Positions 1-13,492 are shown, counted from the stretch's first letter. The stretch is DNA of 64,000 nt from Eledone cirrhosa (GCA_964016885.1 OZ024743.1:104718001-104782000), one strand, 5' to 3'. Numbers and translations are program-made. Notes: a model not told the origin generated them from the letters alone.

Positions 1-1585
1 CCACCACCACCACCACCACCATCACCACCATCACCACCACCACCACCATCACCACCATCACCACCAGCACCACCATCACCACTAGCACCACCACTAGCAC
101 CACCACCACCACCACCACCACCACCAGCACCAGCACCACCACCATCACCACCACCACCACCACTAGCACCACCACTAGCACCACCACCACCACCACCACC
201 ACCACCACCACCACCACCACCAGCACCAGCACCAGCACCACCAGCACCACCAGCACCACCACCACTAGCACCACCACTAGCACCACCACCACCAGAACCA
301 CCACCACCACCACCAGCACCACCACCAGCACCACCACCAGCACCACCATCACCACCACCACCACCACCACCACCACCACCATCACCACCACCATCACCAC
401 CACCACCACCACCACCACCATCACCCCCACCATCACCACTAGCACCACCACTAGCACCACCACCACCACCACCACCACCACCACCACCAGCACCACCACC
501 AGCACCACCACCAGCACCACCATCACCACCACCACCACCACCACCACCACCACCAGCACCACCACCACCACCAGCACCACCAGCACCACCAGCACTACCA
601 GCACCACCAGCACCACCACCACCATCACCACCAGCACCACCACCACCACCACCACCAGCACCACCACCACCACCAGCACCACCAGCACCACCAGCACTAC
701 CAGCACCACCACCACCACCACCACCATCACCAGCACCACCACCACCACCAGCACCACCACCACCACCACCAGCACCACCACCAGCACCACCACCACCACC
801 ACCACCATCACCACCACCACCAACACCACCAGCACCACCACCACCACCACCAGCACCACCACCAGCACCAGCACCACCACCATTACCACCACCACCATCA
901 CTACCACCACCATCACCACCACCACCAGCACCACCACCAGCACCACCAGTACCACCAGCACCACCAGCACCACCACCACCACCACCACCAGCATCACCAG
1001 CACCAGCACTACCACCACCACCAGCATCACCAGCACCACCAGCACCACCGCCACCGCCACCACCACCGTCATCACCAGCATCACCAGCACAACTAGCACC
1101 ACCACAACCACCAGTAACGCCAGCAGCAGCAGTACCACCAACACCACCAGCATCAGCAGCAGCACCACCACCACGACCGCCACCACCATCACTCATCATC
1201 ACCACCACTTACACCACCACCACCACCATTACCACTACCACCATTACCACCACCACCATTACCACTACCACCATTGCCACTACCACCGCCTTCACCACCA
1301 CCACCACCTACACCACCACCACCACCTCCATCACCACCATCATTACCACTACCACCACCACCACCACGACCACTCATCAACACCACCACCACCACCACCA
1401 CACCTCCACCACCACCTCCATCACCACCATCACCACCACCACCATTACCACTACCACCACCATTACCACCACCACCACCACCATCACCATCACTCATCAA
1501 CACCACCCTCATCACCATCACTCATCAATACCACCACCACCACCACCACCACCACCACCATCACAATCACCACCACCACCACTGC
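1..1585. repeat. Degenerate (CAC/CAG/CAT)n trinucleotide satellite
   Basis: Continuous CCA/CAC-based triplets; the Pro-, Gly- and His-rich ORFs are translation artefacts. Confidence 0.95.
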
Positions 1586-1739
1586 CCCCCCCCCCATCGC
1601 CATTCGTGTTATTCATAAACCTATAGGACGCCACTTATATCGATTCTTACAGGAAGTGAAAAGAGTAAAGGACGAAGAAAACGAAAAAAAAGGATGTAAA
1701 ACAAAAAACAATTAGAGACCGATGTGAGTGTATGTGTGT

Positions 1740-1943
1740 GTGAGAGAGAGAGAAAGAGATAGAGAGAAAAGAGAGAGAGAAAGTGGCAGAAGGAGAAGGA
1801 AGAAGAGAGAATGAGTGAGAGAGAAGGAAAGAGAGTAAGGTAGAGAGAGGGAGAGAGAGAGAGAAAAGAGAGAGAGAAAGTGGCAGAAGGAGAAGGAAGA
1901 AGAGAGAATGAGTGAGAGAGAAGGAAAGAGAGTAAGGTAGAGA

Positions 1944-1987
<44 letters not shown>

Positions 1988-2225
1988 AGAAGAGTGAGGA
2001 AGAAAGAGAAAGAGCGAGAGTGAGGGAAAGAGAGTAAAGGAAAGAGAGTGAGGGAAAGAGAGTGAGGTAGAGAGAGTGAATGGGTGAGAGAGAGAGAGTG
2101 AGAGAGAGAGAGAGAGCCAGAGGGAGAAAGGGAGACAGAGAGTGAGAAAGAGTGAGAGAAAGAGAGAGTGAGAGAGAGAGAGAGAGGAAAGAGAGTGAGG
2201 AAGGAGAGTGAGGAAGAGGGAGAAA
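1740..2225. repeat. Polypurine (GA)n-rich low-complexity tract
   Basis: GA/GAA runs with an internally duplicated AAGTGGCAGAAGGAGAAGG block. Confidence 0.9.
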
Positions 2226-3151
2226 GGATGAACGAAAAAATAAAGAAAAACAAAAATAAAAGAAAGATGAGGATGCATAAATACAAATAAGTAAACAAAA
2301 AACAAACAAACAAAACAAAGAAAAAACCTGCCCGAAAACAATAACAACAACTACACAAACAGACATAAAAATACCTAAAAAAATATAAAAAAATGTCAAA
2401 AACCGTTGCCTGTCAAATGGTTAAAACGAAGGGCGTCATCATATTGGAGAAAAACATAGAGTTCGCTTCTAAGTTCCAAGGAAAGCTGGAGAAATGAATA
2501 GAGTTTAGGATAGCAGTTTAGACTGAAGGGGGAAAATAAAACAGAAAGAGAATCTAGCAAGGAAGAAAGCCATTAGTTAGAGAGTAGAGAGGTTAAAGAT
2601 ATTATCTCCAATGAGTTTTGTTCGATTTGAATAACGGTGGCCAGGCCGTGTCAAAGCCATCCAATAAAACAAGTGAATACTGGTTGCAGCGATTGAGAAA
2701 GATCGATAAATCAATATAGCAAGGTGATAATGAGCAAGGTAGAGAATAATTCTAAACAAAAACACAAAAAAAAAAGAACCCGAAACAAAACAAAAAATTT
2801 CCCCCAAATCTCCACAAAAAATAAAAGATACAACTGAAAAGAAAAATACAAAAACGAGGCCATATTTTTTAAACTCTTTTATTTCCTTCTCTCTTCTTTT
2901 CTCTCTCCCTCATTTTCTCCTCTTTTATTTCCCCCTCTCTTCTTCTTCTCTTTTATTTCGTTCTCTCTTTTTTCCTCCCTTATATTTCTTTCTCTCCCCC
3001 TCTGTCTCTTCTTACCTCCCTTTTATTCCCCCCCTCTCTCTCTCATTCTATCTTGGTTACAAAACAAGAAGAAACAGCAATCTAACGTTTTTAACGTTTT
3101 CTTAGTTCGTTATTGCAGCTAAATGGTGACAGGAACTAAATGGAAGACCTA

Positions 3152-3154
<3 letters not shown>

Positions 3155-3184
<30 letters not shown>

Positions 3185-3252
3185 TGTATGTATGTATGTA
3201 TGTATGTATGTATGTATGTATGTATGTATGTACATACATACACACACACACG

Positions 3253-3295
<43 letters not shown>
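3155..3295. repeat. Compound (TATG)n-(CA)n-(TA)n microsatellite
   Basis: Direct inspection. Confidence 0.95.
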
Positions 3296-3296
<1 letters not shown>

Positions 3297-3689
3297 GTAT
3301 GTATATACACGTTTTTGAGTCGCAATCATTATGCATAACTATATCTCAATCTATTGCTAAAATATCTACCTGGTTGCTTGTATATATGTAAACGTATTCA
3401 CAGTGTGTCTATTTATCAATATATACCCACATATATGTAAATGGTTGTATGTATGTAGGTTGTGCGTGCGTATATAAATAAATATGTGTATGTATATAGA
3501 TATTTCTTAAAATACGAGAAGAATCTATTTTGATTTGTGGAATTCTACTAAAAGAGCTCAACATACTCAGAACAAGTAACATGTTATATAGTCTAAATGA
3601 ATAAAATCGATCCGAAGAAATTTCATACATCTGTCCTCGGTGGCGTCATAAAGTACTTCGCATTTTATACATTAGACCTCATAAATAAT

Positions 3690-3905
3690 AATTTCTACTA
3701 TAGGCACAAGGTCAGCAATTTTGGAGTAGGGGAAAGTCAATTAAATCGACCCCAGGGCATTACTGATGCTTTGTTTTATCGACCCCGTAAGGAAAAAACT
3801 GCAAAGCTAACCCCAACAGGATTTGAACTCAGAACGTAAAGGGCCGTAACTCTATGCTGCAAAGCATGGTGTCTGACGCTCTACTGATACTGCCAATCCA
3901 CCACC
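3690..3905 (-). mobile_element. tRNA-derived SINE, Meta-domain-like family
   Basis: Reverse strand has an A-box-like TGGCAGTATCAGT, B box GAGTTCAAATCC, central CCTTACGGGGTCGATAAAA and tail CCTTGTGCC...TAGAAA(TTA)n. Confidence 0.85.
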
Positions 3906-4394
3906 ATATAATGTACTAGTCCAGTACTGGTGTCGATTCTTCCTCTATATCTCTTTCTCACATCCTCTCAACCACGCACTTTCTCCTTTGGAAGAAGTCG
4001 CCCGTGTTGAGAATTAGATAGAGATGGCTCCGCAAAGTAAAAAAAAAAAAATGCCCACGACGCAGCGTATCTCACAACAGCGTCCCTACGATTCCACCAG
4101 GAGTTACGGATTCATATAAACAAACAAAGTACTTACAAAAGATTGGTTAGATGTTTTTTTTTACTTAGTGATGTTGTTTGGAAGTGAACCTTGAACTTTG
4201 TCACAAGTTCTAGGTGTGTCAGTTTGCATACAATCACAGATCTTATACATGGTCGCCCATAGCAGCCGAATCAATAAATACGAAAGACGCAGTTCGCTAA
4301 CCCAATCCGCCATTTTTCTTAAACATTTTTTTTTGTAAGGAAACGAAAATGCCAAAAAACAAAAACAAAAAAAAAACAAAAAAACTAATAAAAA

Positions 4395-4745
4395 TTAAAT
4401 GAAATAAAATAAAATAATTGAAATAACTTTTAAACATTTTAACGAAACATCGACATAAATAAATAGTGAAATAACGCATAACAAGTCACTTACTTGTCCT
4501 CTCCCTCTGTTTTTTTTTCTTAAAAGAGATGTAAACAAATAAATTACTGAACTAACTTTGTAACATTTATTAAAAAAAAAAAGACTTTCGAAATAAATAA
4601 TAAATAGTAAAACAACTTTTAGACATTTATAAGATCGAAAGCTATAAAATTGTGAAATATGAAAAGGAAATGAAGAAAAAAATAGTGAAATAACTTTTAA
4701 ATATTTATAAGAACGATCGGAATAAATAAATAGTGAAATAAGTTT
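4395..4745. repeat. Degenerate AT-rich minisatellite, unit ~55-60 bp
   Basis: Recurring AAATAAATAGTGAAATAACTTTTAAACATTT motif. Confidence 0.6.
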
Positions 4746-5012
4746 AAATCAAGAAACATTGAAAGCTATGGAATATTGACGCGGGAGAGTAAATGTAATG
4801 CAACAACAACAACAACGTCAACGACAACAACAACAACAACGTCAACGACAACAACAACAACAATAAATGGTATTGGACCTTTAACTTTTGATGAAGTCGT
4901 AGGGGCGCCATCCTGACACATGGTGTGTCTTGAACAGTTAAAACCTGGCGTAGTCCATCCCTATCCACATCGGGACGGAACACTATTTCTTCTTCTTCTT
5001 CTTCTTCTTCTT

Positions 5013-5045
<33 letters not shown>

Positions 5046-5056
5046 TGTGTGTGTGT

Positions 5057-5126
<70 letters not shown>

Positions 5127-5154
5127 TAGATAGATAGAGAGAGAGAGAGAGAGG

Positions 5155-5222
<68 letters not shown>

Positions 5223-5460
5223 GAGAGGAATTTGGCCCTAGTACTAAACTGGTGCTTTCTTCATGGGCCTCGAAAGGACATTGGACATTTTAAGTTCAAA
5301 TTCCATAGAGGACAACAATTTGGTTTTTCGTCATCAGTTCTTTACGGAAGAACAAGGTATCAGACACATTTTAGGGCCACGTCAATCGATTCTACCTCCC
5401 TAATACCAGTTAGATATGTGTGAATATATATTTAAAAAAAAATCCTTATTAGCACTACAC

Positions 5461-5660
5461 GGTGGATTGGCAGCATGAGTACAGCATTTAGTTACGGCTT
5501 ATTACATTCAGAGTTCAAATCCAGCCGAGGTTATCTTTGTCTTTCATTCTTCCGGGGTCGATAAAATAAAGTACCAATCAAATACTGAGGTCGATCCCCC
5601 CCCCCCCCCCCCACACACCAAATTGTTGGCCTTGTGCCAATGTTATAAACAATTATCATT
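5461..5660 (+). mobile_element. Meta-domain-like SINE, long-tail variant
   Basis: GGTGGATTGGCAG head, GAGTTCAAATCC B box, GGGGTCGATAAAATAAAGTACCA, GGCCTTGTGCC tail. Confidence 0.85.
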
Positions 5661-7769
5661 AATACTAGTCTATTAAGGACCTGTGTTAAAATCTCACCAG
5701 AGTCGACTAAAAGCAAATAAGAATTAGGTATGGTGTATTATAGCAGTTCAAATTAGTATAAGCCGACCACCACTACAACTATTGAGACAGGCGTTGGATT
5801 GGCAGCATCGTTAGAGCACCGTGACAAAATATATTGTAGCAATTTGTCACGAACCTTACGTTGAGGAGGTGTAAGACCATTGGCATCCATCCAAGAACAG
5901 ATACCACCTATTACAGTGTTACATTGACATACAATGTAAGGTATGTATGATGAGGCTAATAAAATGTATGAAATACTAAGTGATCGTAAATTCTAATTGT
6001 ATTGATTTTATTAGAATTGTGCTATATGGTTGAATATTAGTTTATATCTGGTCTCACTACTTGCTTTAGTAAGTATTTCATAATATGGTTGCATCAAACA
6101 TCGACAATGAGTCATCGATGTATCCACAGCTTATAGAAAGGGCGTGTTTTATTACAGTTGTGTAGAGAGTAATGGTTTCTTTCAAGACGGATCAAGCTGG
6201 TAACTGAAACAGCGCTTCTTCTAAGGTTTCATAGATTGTTGCCAAGGCGATGGAAGAGCCGCTCTCTCACGTAGAATTCACCATTCATCATGAGATATTC
6301 AGAAGGTCATGTTGCAGAGTTAATGGAGCGCCCGGTACTAAAACAACCACACAGTTCAAAACTCGAAGCAGTTTGTGATCTCATCTGACACAGTAACTGC
6401 TTGTTTATCGTCGCTCGTTATGAATATGACCGAGGAACTTCCCCAGGTAACAAAGAATGGGAATAACAATACAATTACTCTTGCAGTTGATGAAAATATA
6501 GATATTCAAGACATTACATAGTATTAAATTCTTTTCCGTAGCATCACCAGCGATTTTTAAATGATGCAAGAAAAACTACTCCATTTTCACCCGTTGAAGG
6601 GGAAAGAACACACAAGAAGATATTTTGAAATACATCATGGAAACCAACGAGGTATTAAATACTCCTGTTCAACGCATACTATCCCTTATTATTGCTGGAT
6701 CATTGGCGAAGATTAAGAAAGAGTAAGAAAGTGATGGGTTTAAGTTTATCTTCGAAATTAGTTATCTCTGCCTTATTTACTAGGAAAATTGGACGGTTCT
6801 TCATTCCAGTATGTTTGAGGAAAAGATACAAACAGCCAGCACCTGGCATAGCTCCGCTGGTATAGTTTCGATGTGTTCGTTTCACTGTCGTCAAGGCACC
6901 GTCACCATTTTGTTGTCCTCGTCACCGGTTCGTTTTCACCGTTACATCATGGCCGTTTCACCGTAGTTGTTTCTTCGTCATTTCATCGACTCTGTTTTGT
7001 CATCGTCGTTTCTTCACCTTTGTTTCGCCGTTGTCGTTTTTGTCGTCACTGTTTCGACCTCGCACTTAACGCTGAAGCCTCCGGTATTTGATATTTTTCA
7101 CGGAAGTCGTGGACTCAATATGACAAGTCTTAAGCCAGAAATGAATTAGGTGTATTTTCTTATTTGATGTATGAAACAAAAGTGGCTCTAAAACTAGTTT
7201 TTGGAGGTGTGCAAAACGAGGTACAGGTAAGGCACATGCCCATACAGAAATGGGGTCAGTTATAAACAAGATCAGCATTCACAAACATGATTCGTCTTTT
7301 ACAACTTTCCAACTATGAAAATAATTTCTTATTTAGGCACAAAGGCAGCAATTTTTTGGAGGTGGAAAGTCTACTATATCGACCCAGGTATTTGACTGGT
7401 ACTTTATTTTATCTAACTTTATGGTAAAGAAAGGTTAGAGTTTTAATAGGTGAGACATATATAAGATTATACTAGAAATTAAGTAGAAAAGTGACAGAAA
7501 GTCAATGGTATAAAGCGCGCACATTTATTTGTTCATGGACACACACATTTCTTCACTTCTACACATATACAAACAATTATAACGCCACTAAAACATAGAC
7601 TCATTCACACAAACACGCAAATATGCAGACTTATATTATCTCATACAACAACACTCATACACATGCTCAGACAACACTTATTTAATCAGAAAAAACGTCT
7701 GTGCATACCCATACAGATACAAACACAAATACATACATACACACACACACACACATTACGTGTACAGGC

Positions 7770-7820
7770 AATATTTCTTTAGAATGCTGTTGAAGTGTGT
7801 ATACACTTTTGGGAACACCT

Positions 7821-7824
<4 letters not shown>
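7770..7824 (-). mobile_element. Tc1/mariner-type terminal inverted repeat remnant
   Basis: Reverse strand reads TACAAGGTGTTCCCAAAAGT next to (TA)n, resembling the TA-CAGGGTGTCCCAAAA termini of this superfamily. Confidence 0.4.
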
Positions 7825-7870
<46 letters not shown>

Positions 7871-8104
7871 GTAAGTAATATTTCATTGTTTTAATTGACT
7901 TTATGTTTTTCATGCAAAATATAAAAAATATTAAAATTGTACCTATAACACTATCTAAGTAAATTCTCTCTGCTTCGGTTTTTTCGGCCCCTAATTTGGC
8001 GCGAGGGGTTATTGGTCAAGTAGTCGATGTTGATGTTACATTAAATACAGGCGCACACGTAGCCCCCCCCCACTGACACACACACACACACACATATATA
8101 TATA

Positions 8105-8436
8105 GTAGTTAAAAAACGGGAGGTTATACCCAAAGTTGGTAGAACACTCAGCCAAAAAGACGAGTTCGGTATAGAGTTAGTTCCATAACAAATTAACAAA
8201 CCATACTTGAGGACATGTGTTTCACCTGAAGGATTATTCGGCTGGTCATAGCGGAAACGGAAGTTAGATACTTCCGTTCCCGCTATGACCATACACGAGT
8301 TGAAGAATCCTTCCGGCGAAACACGTGTCCTGAAGTATGGTTTGTTAATTTGTTGTGGAACTAACTCTATACCGAACTCGTCTTTTTGACTGAGTGTTCT
8401 ACCAACTTTGGGTATAACCTCCCGTTTTTTAACTAC
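8105..8436. repeat. Near-perfect 330 bp palindrome (foldback) between TA runs
   Basis: 8105-~8239 is the reverse complement of ~8303-8436 with few mismatches; inner hairpin at 8244-8290. Confidence 0.9.
8297..8332 (+). ncRNA. Putative minimal type I hammerhead ribozyme (degenerate)
   Basis: GAG-TTGAAGA-ATCCTTCCGGC-GAAA-CACGTG-TC-CT; palindromic stem III as in Penelope-type minimal HHRs; U3 and stem II are non-canonical. Confidence 0.45.
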
Positions 8437-8556
8437 TATATATATATGTGTGTGTGTCTGTCTGTCTGTCTGTTTATTTATCTGTCTCACCCCCATTCTC
8501 TCTTTCTCTCTTTCTCTCTCTTTCTCTATATATATATATATATTTTTTTTTTTTAA

Positions 8557-8773
8557 CGATCGACTTTCGTCAAATATGACCGAGGAAACAATGTTTTAAT
8601 CGGAACGGTCTTTCCAGTTGCTAATACTATCTATCAGTCGCAACTCCAGGGAGAAGGAGCAACGTGAAATAAAGTGTCTTGCTCAAGGACATAACGTATC
8701 GCCCGGTCCAGGAATCGAACTCACAACCTGAAGATTGTGAATCCAATTCTCTAACCACTCAGCCATACGCCTT
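8557..8773 (-). mobile_element. CORE-like tRNA SINE with an atypical 3' segment
   Basis: Reverse strand has a GTGGTTAGA...GTTCGATTCC head and CCTTGAGCAAGACACTTTATTTCACGTTGCTCC core; same composite at 22177-22390. Confidence 0.75.
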
Positions 8774-8782
8774 CACACACAC

Positions 8783-8855
<73 letters not shown>

Positions 8856-8856
8856 A

Positions 8857-9292
8857 TAGCAGAAGTACCCGGCGTTGCCCGGGTGTAAGTCGACCTTTGG
8901 TCTGTTGTTAAAATGTTTCAAAGTTACTTCCCGCGCATCACAGGTGCAAAAACCTTCGAACCTCAAGGAAAAAAAACAGAAGTTAGTATACGCAGGTGTG
9001 TAATTGAGCATAAATAATGGATCAATTGTAGGTTCACAGTGTATCGTTGAAATTGTTCTTTGCAAGACTGACGGAAGTCAAATTCACTTGAAATTGAATT
9101 TTCAGTTGATTTTTAAAGCAGGGTGAAAAAGTCGATTTTTTCGAAATTTTTCTTTTTTTACAATTTTGGCGCTCACATGTGCAGAAGAAGAAATAAAGGG
9201 GACTTTATCTGAATCGCGGCATAATGGACGAATCATTTGCGACAGTTTTCACGAAAATCGGACGTTCCTGTAAAAGATTATCCCATATGCAA

Positions 9293-9353
<61 letters not shown>

Positions 9354-9427
9354 TATATATATATATGTATATATATATGTATTTGTGTATATATATATGT
9401 ATATATATATATATATGTATATATACA

Positions 9428-9498
<71 letters not shown>

Positions 9499-9644
9499 GT
9501 GTGTGTATGTGTATATACATATATATATATATAGAGAGAGATTCCTGATGATTTCTAAAGAATGAAACAGTTCTAGTCCTGTAGAATATCATCTATATAT
9601 ATATATATATATGTATATGTATGTATATACACATACACACATAC

Positions 9645-9693
<49 letters not shown>

Positions 9694-10226
9694 CACACTC
9701 ACATATATATATATATATATATATACATAACTATATATGTGTGTGTTTATCTATCTATGTATTTTATCAGCAGGCAGGAGGTGTGGCTGCGCCAGTGAGG
9801 TGGAAGAGAGGGAAAGGGAGTATATACATAACTATATATGTGTGTGTTTATCTATCTATGTATTTTATCAGCAGGCAGGAGGTGTGGCTACGCCAGTGAG
9901 GTGGAATAGAGGGAATTAGAGTAAGTTAGAGTTGTCGTGATTTTTGCCTCTGGTGATCGAATTATCGATTTTTCGAAAATTTAATGTAGCGCACGTTTAT
10001 CCCCGGATCAAAATACACACTTGCGTCGAGTTTCATCGATTTTTGAAAATATTGATCTTTGGCTTCTGGGATCCAGATTATCGATTTTTCGAAATTTTCA
10101 AGTAGCCTATTCCACTCTACGCGTTGAGTTTTATATATGTGTGAGGTTTCATGAAAATTGGATGAACCGTGTAGCATGCAAGTTCGACACACTAAACAAT
10201 GCCCATCTTCACTTTATATATAAGAT
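8857..10226 (-). mobile_element. Non-autonomous Helitron-like element interrupted by microsatellites
   Basis: Reverse-strand 3' end has GC hairpin CCCGGGCAACGCCGGG followed by TACTTCTGCTA (CTAG-like); the other end reads ATCTTATATATAAAG; internal ATCGATTTTTCGAAA subrepeats. Confidence 0.55.
9541..9587 (+). ncRNA. Type I hammerhead ribozyme
   Basis: ATTC-CTGATGA-TTTC taaa GAAT-GAAA-CAG ttctagtc CTG-TA-GAAT; stems I, II and III all pair except a U-U at 10.1/11.1; GUA cleavage triplet. Confidence 0.75.
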
Positions 10227-10360
10227 ATATATATATATATATATTGTTATACTTTGGGAGGGTCATGTTGCCAATAAGAAGCACACGCACCAGTTGCTTT
10301 CACTCCAATTTATTATAAATTACTTTTCAGATAAAGAATCTTGCTAAACAAATTCAGAAA

Positions 10361-10430
<70 letters not shown>

Positions 10431-10584
10431 CATGAGAAGAAAGAAGAATACTGCGTGGTTGCACATGGGTTACATATGATAAAATTAGTCCTTCGTCAGT
10501 GATTTTCCAACCATCATTGATATTTCATCGCATTAAAAATCAAACGGCCGGAGCTCAGCCGTCGGGGTCTTGACTCTTTTCATA

Positions 10585-10654
<70 letters not shown>

Positions 10655-10912
10655 ACATATATTAATACACAGGCATACACAAATGTGCACATCCATCTAT
10701 TTAGTAACTCATACACACAGAGGCTATGCAATGATGGTTGTCGATTTATAACGGAGAAAAAGACGAAGACGTTAGAGAAAAGAGAAAAAGAGGAAAATGA
10801 AGAAAGAAAGGAAGAAGAAAGGGAAGCAATAATGATTTATCTGATTTGGCTGGAACGAACTGCTTAATGATTGTGACGGGAAGGTCAAGAATATTATGTT
10901 GGTGTGGAATGG

Positions 10913-11048
<136 letters not shown>

Positions 11049-11126
11049 ATATATATATGTGTGTGTGTATGTGTGTATATATATATATGTATGTATATAT
11101 AAATATATATATATTATATATCTATT

Positions 11127-11168
<42 letters not shown>

Positions 11169-11354
11169 TGTATAATATATATGACTGCACTCATAACTGT
11201 TTAATTATTTATATTTCACATACATTCTAAATATTTCATTTCCATATATGGGGTGGCAGAGGTCAGAGCTGGCAGAACTTCGGACAATATGTTCTACTCT
11301 CCGGTATTTAGTCGCAATGCTTTGACCATTTAATTACGTCCTATACTGGCCCGG

Positions 11355-11880
11355 GGTGATGGCCGATGGTTTAGTGTTTATTGCAATTGTTTCAAGGTCA
11401 TAAGGTCGGGAGTTCGATTTCCCACGTTGCTCCGTGTCCATGGGTAAAGCACCTAAACTGCACGTTACTCCAGACCACTCAACAGGTAAAACATGTATTA
11501 AAAGGACTTGCTTTGTCACACACTGTGTTACACTGAATTTCTCCGAGAACTACGTTAACCCTTCAGCATTCACATTACTCTATATATACGATTGTATTTT
11601 CACAGTAAAGGATTTATCCCACATAATATCTCACATAATATCGAATCTATGAGATTTTGATGTTATTTAGTTTGAGAAAAATACCTTAACATTAGTATTA
11701 GTAACAAGTTACAACCGGTTTGAACAGAAAGAGGTGATAGAATTCTGGTTGGATATGGCCAGTTTAAATGCTAAAGGGTTAAAGGTGCACCTGTATGTGA
11801 AATGCCCTACCACTTACAGGTTAATTTCACGAGCATGCTATTCCATTCGGATAACTGAAACATTCGTCGTTCAATTTTCA
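11355..11880 (+). mobile_element. CORE-like SINE split by a MITE
   Basis: tRNA-like head with GGGAGTTCGATTTCC and GTGTCCATGGGTAAAGCAC core; body matches the intact copy at 60915-61225 on both sides of the insert. Confidence 0.75.
11559..11778. mobile_element. piggyBac-like MITE
   Basis: TTAA-CCCTTCAGCATT...AATGCTAAAGGG-TTAA; the intact SINE at ~61110 has a single TTAA here, confirming the target site duplication. Confidence 0.85.
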
Positions 11881-12077
11881 ATCCTAATAGGATCGGTTTT
11901 ACTTGTCATTCTTCACTTGCTGGATAAGATGAAATTCACCCCACCACCTAAAATACCGAGTTTGTCGCCTTTACTATACATTAGATATCAATTTTTTTTA
12001 TTTCGTGCAGAAAAGTTGATAGGCAAAAAGAGTAAAAGGTCAGACATAATACACTGCCGTATTTATTTAGTTAGGGA

Positions 12078-12455
12078 AGGCAACGAATTGGCAGAGTCTT
12101 TAACCTTATAGCATTTAAACCGGCCGTATCCGGCCAGAATTCGCTCATCTCTTCCTGTTCAAACCGGCCATGACTGGCCACCCATACACATGTTAAGGTA
12201 TTGTTCTGAAAATAAATAACACCAAAATCTTGCAGACTTGATATTATGTGAGATAATTATGAAGATAAAGACTTTACCACAAACATACAATAGTATATAT
12301 AGAGTAATGTAAATGCTAAAGGGTTAAGGCATCGGATTAAAATTGCTTCCGGATTTGTTCAGACTCACCGCATTCTGATTTCAAATCCCACTGAGGTCAG
12401 CTTTGCCTTTCATTCTTTCGAGGTCGATAAGTAAAGTGCCAGTCCAATGTTGGGA
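12078..12455 (+). mobile_element. Meta-domain-like SINE split by a MITE
   Basis: Head AATTGGCAGAGTC lies before the MITE; TTCAAATCCC...GCCTTTCATTCTTTCGAGGTCGATAA lies after it. Confidence 0.7.
12104..12323. mobile_element. piggyBac-like MITE, same family as 11559-11778, opposite orientation
   Basis: TTAA-CCTTATAGCATTTAAAC...AATGCTAAAGGG-TTAA. Confidence 0.8.
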
Positions 12456-13458
12456 TTGTTCTTTCTATTCCTCTCTCCTTTTCTTTCTTTCTCTAGGTTG
12501 TGTTTCGACATGGAGAAGGATGGGTCTGTCAGATTTCAAATGTCCAAGACATGTCGGTCATGATAGCGTCCCTCCGACTCAATCAGTACTTAAGGCCTCT
12601 TTCTTTTGATGAGGATGCTTTAAGGGTATTGTGCACGACATCCAGATGTGGAAGGGTCAAAGTTAATTCTGTGGTTGAGAGGCATGAGTATATATAGCAA
12701 AAAAAAAAAAAAAAAAAAGAAACACTCAACAAAAAACCAACCAACAAACAAACAATAAAACACATAGTGACAAGGTCAGTGAAGGTAGGAGAGTTATGAT
12801 ACCGAGAACCGGTTTCAGTTCCTTGTTAATGCTAATTCATTTAACGTACGCCATTAATCTTTTTAAGGACAGTATTACTATCACAACTTCTGCTCGCCTT
12901 CTAGCTTAGAAATATAAAGGTCTAGTGCCTAGCACAAATATTGACACCGCAATCATAAAGGTAATATATCAATTGAACAGTATGGATCAGAAGTCAAGAT
13001 TGCATGTGAACTGAATCCATAAGTCGGCGATCGAAATCCACTTGAAAGCAATACACTTTCACTTACACACTCGGTAAAGCAATGGATGTCACAACCTGCC
13101 TCGACATTTCTTCCCTAAATATATATGATGATGTTGTTTTTTTAGATTTTTTCTGGAATGTATTCAAAAGATAGCAATATGATGGATTCAATGTCGAATT
13201 ATTTTGTATGACTGTTTAAGAGAGAAAGTGAGGGAAAATTGGAAACACGCCCCCCCCCCCCCCCCACACACGCACACATACACACATATACACACACACA
13301 TACACACACACACACACATATATATATGTGTTTGTGTGCGTGCGTATATATATATATATATATATCAGACATATATATATATATATATATACATATCTAT
13401 CTATCTATGTAAAAATATACATACACACACACACATATATATATAGATATATAGATAG

Positions 13459-13492
<34 letters not shown>

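Noticed and set aside
1189-2399. Gly-, Pro- and Ser/Leu-rich ORFs
   Set aside because: Translations of CAC and GA simple repeats, with no splice or domain evidence.
6150-6300. ATGATGA...CTATGAAA hammerhead-like motif on the minus strand
   Set aside because: Core position 3 is wrong and stems I and III cannot be formed.
10429-10585. CTGACGA on the minus strand in a TA-flanked insert as a hammerhead
   Set aside because: No correctly placed GAAA or stem I partner.
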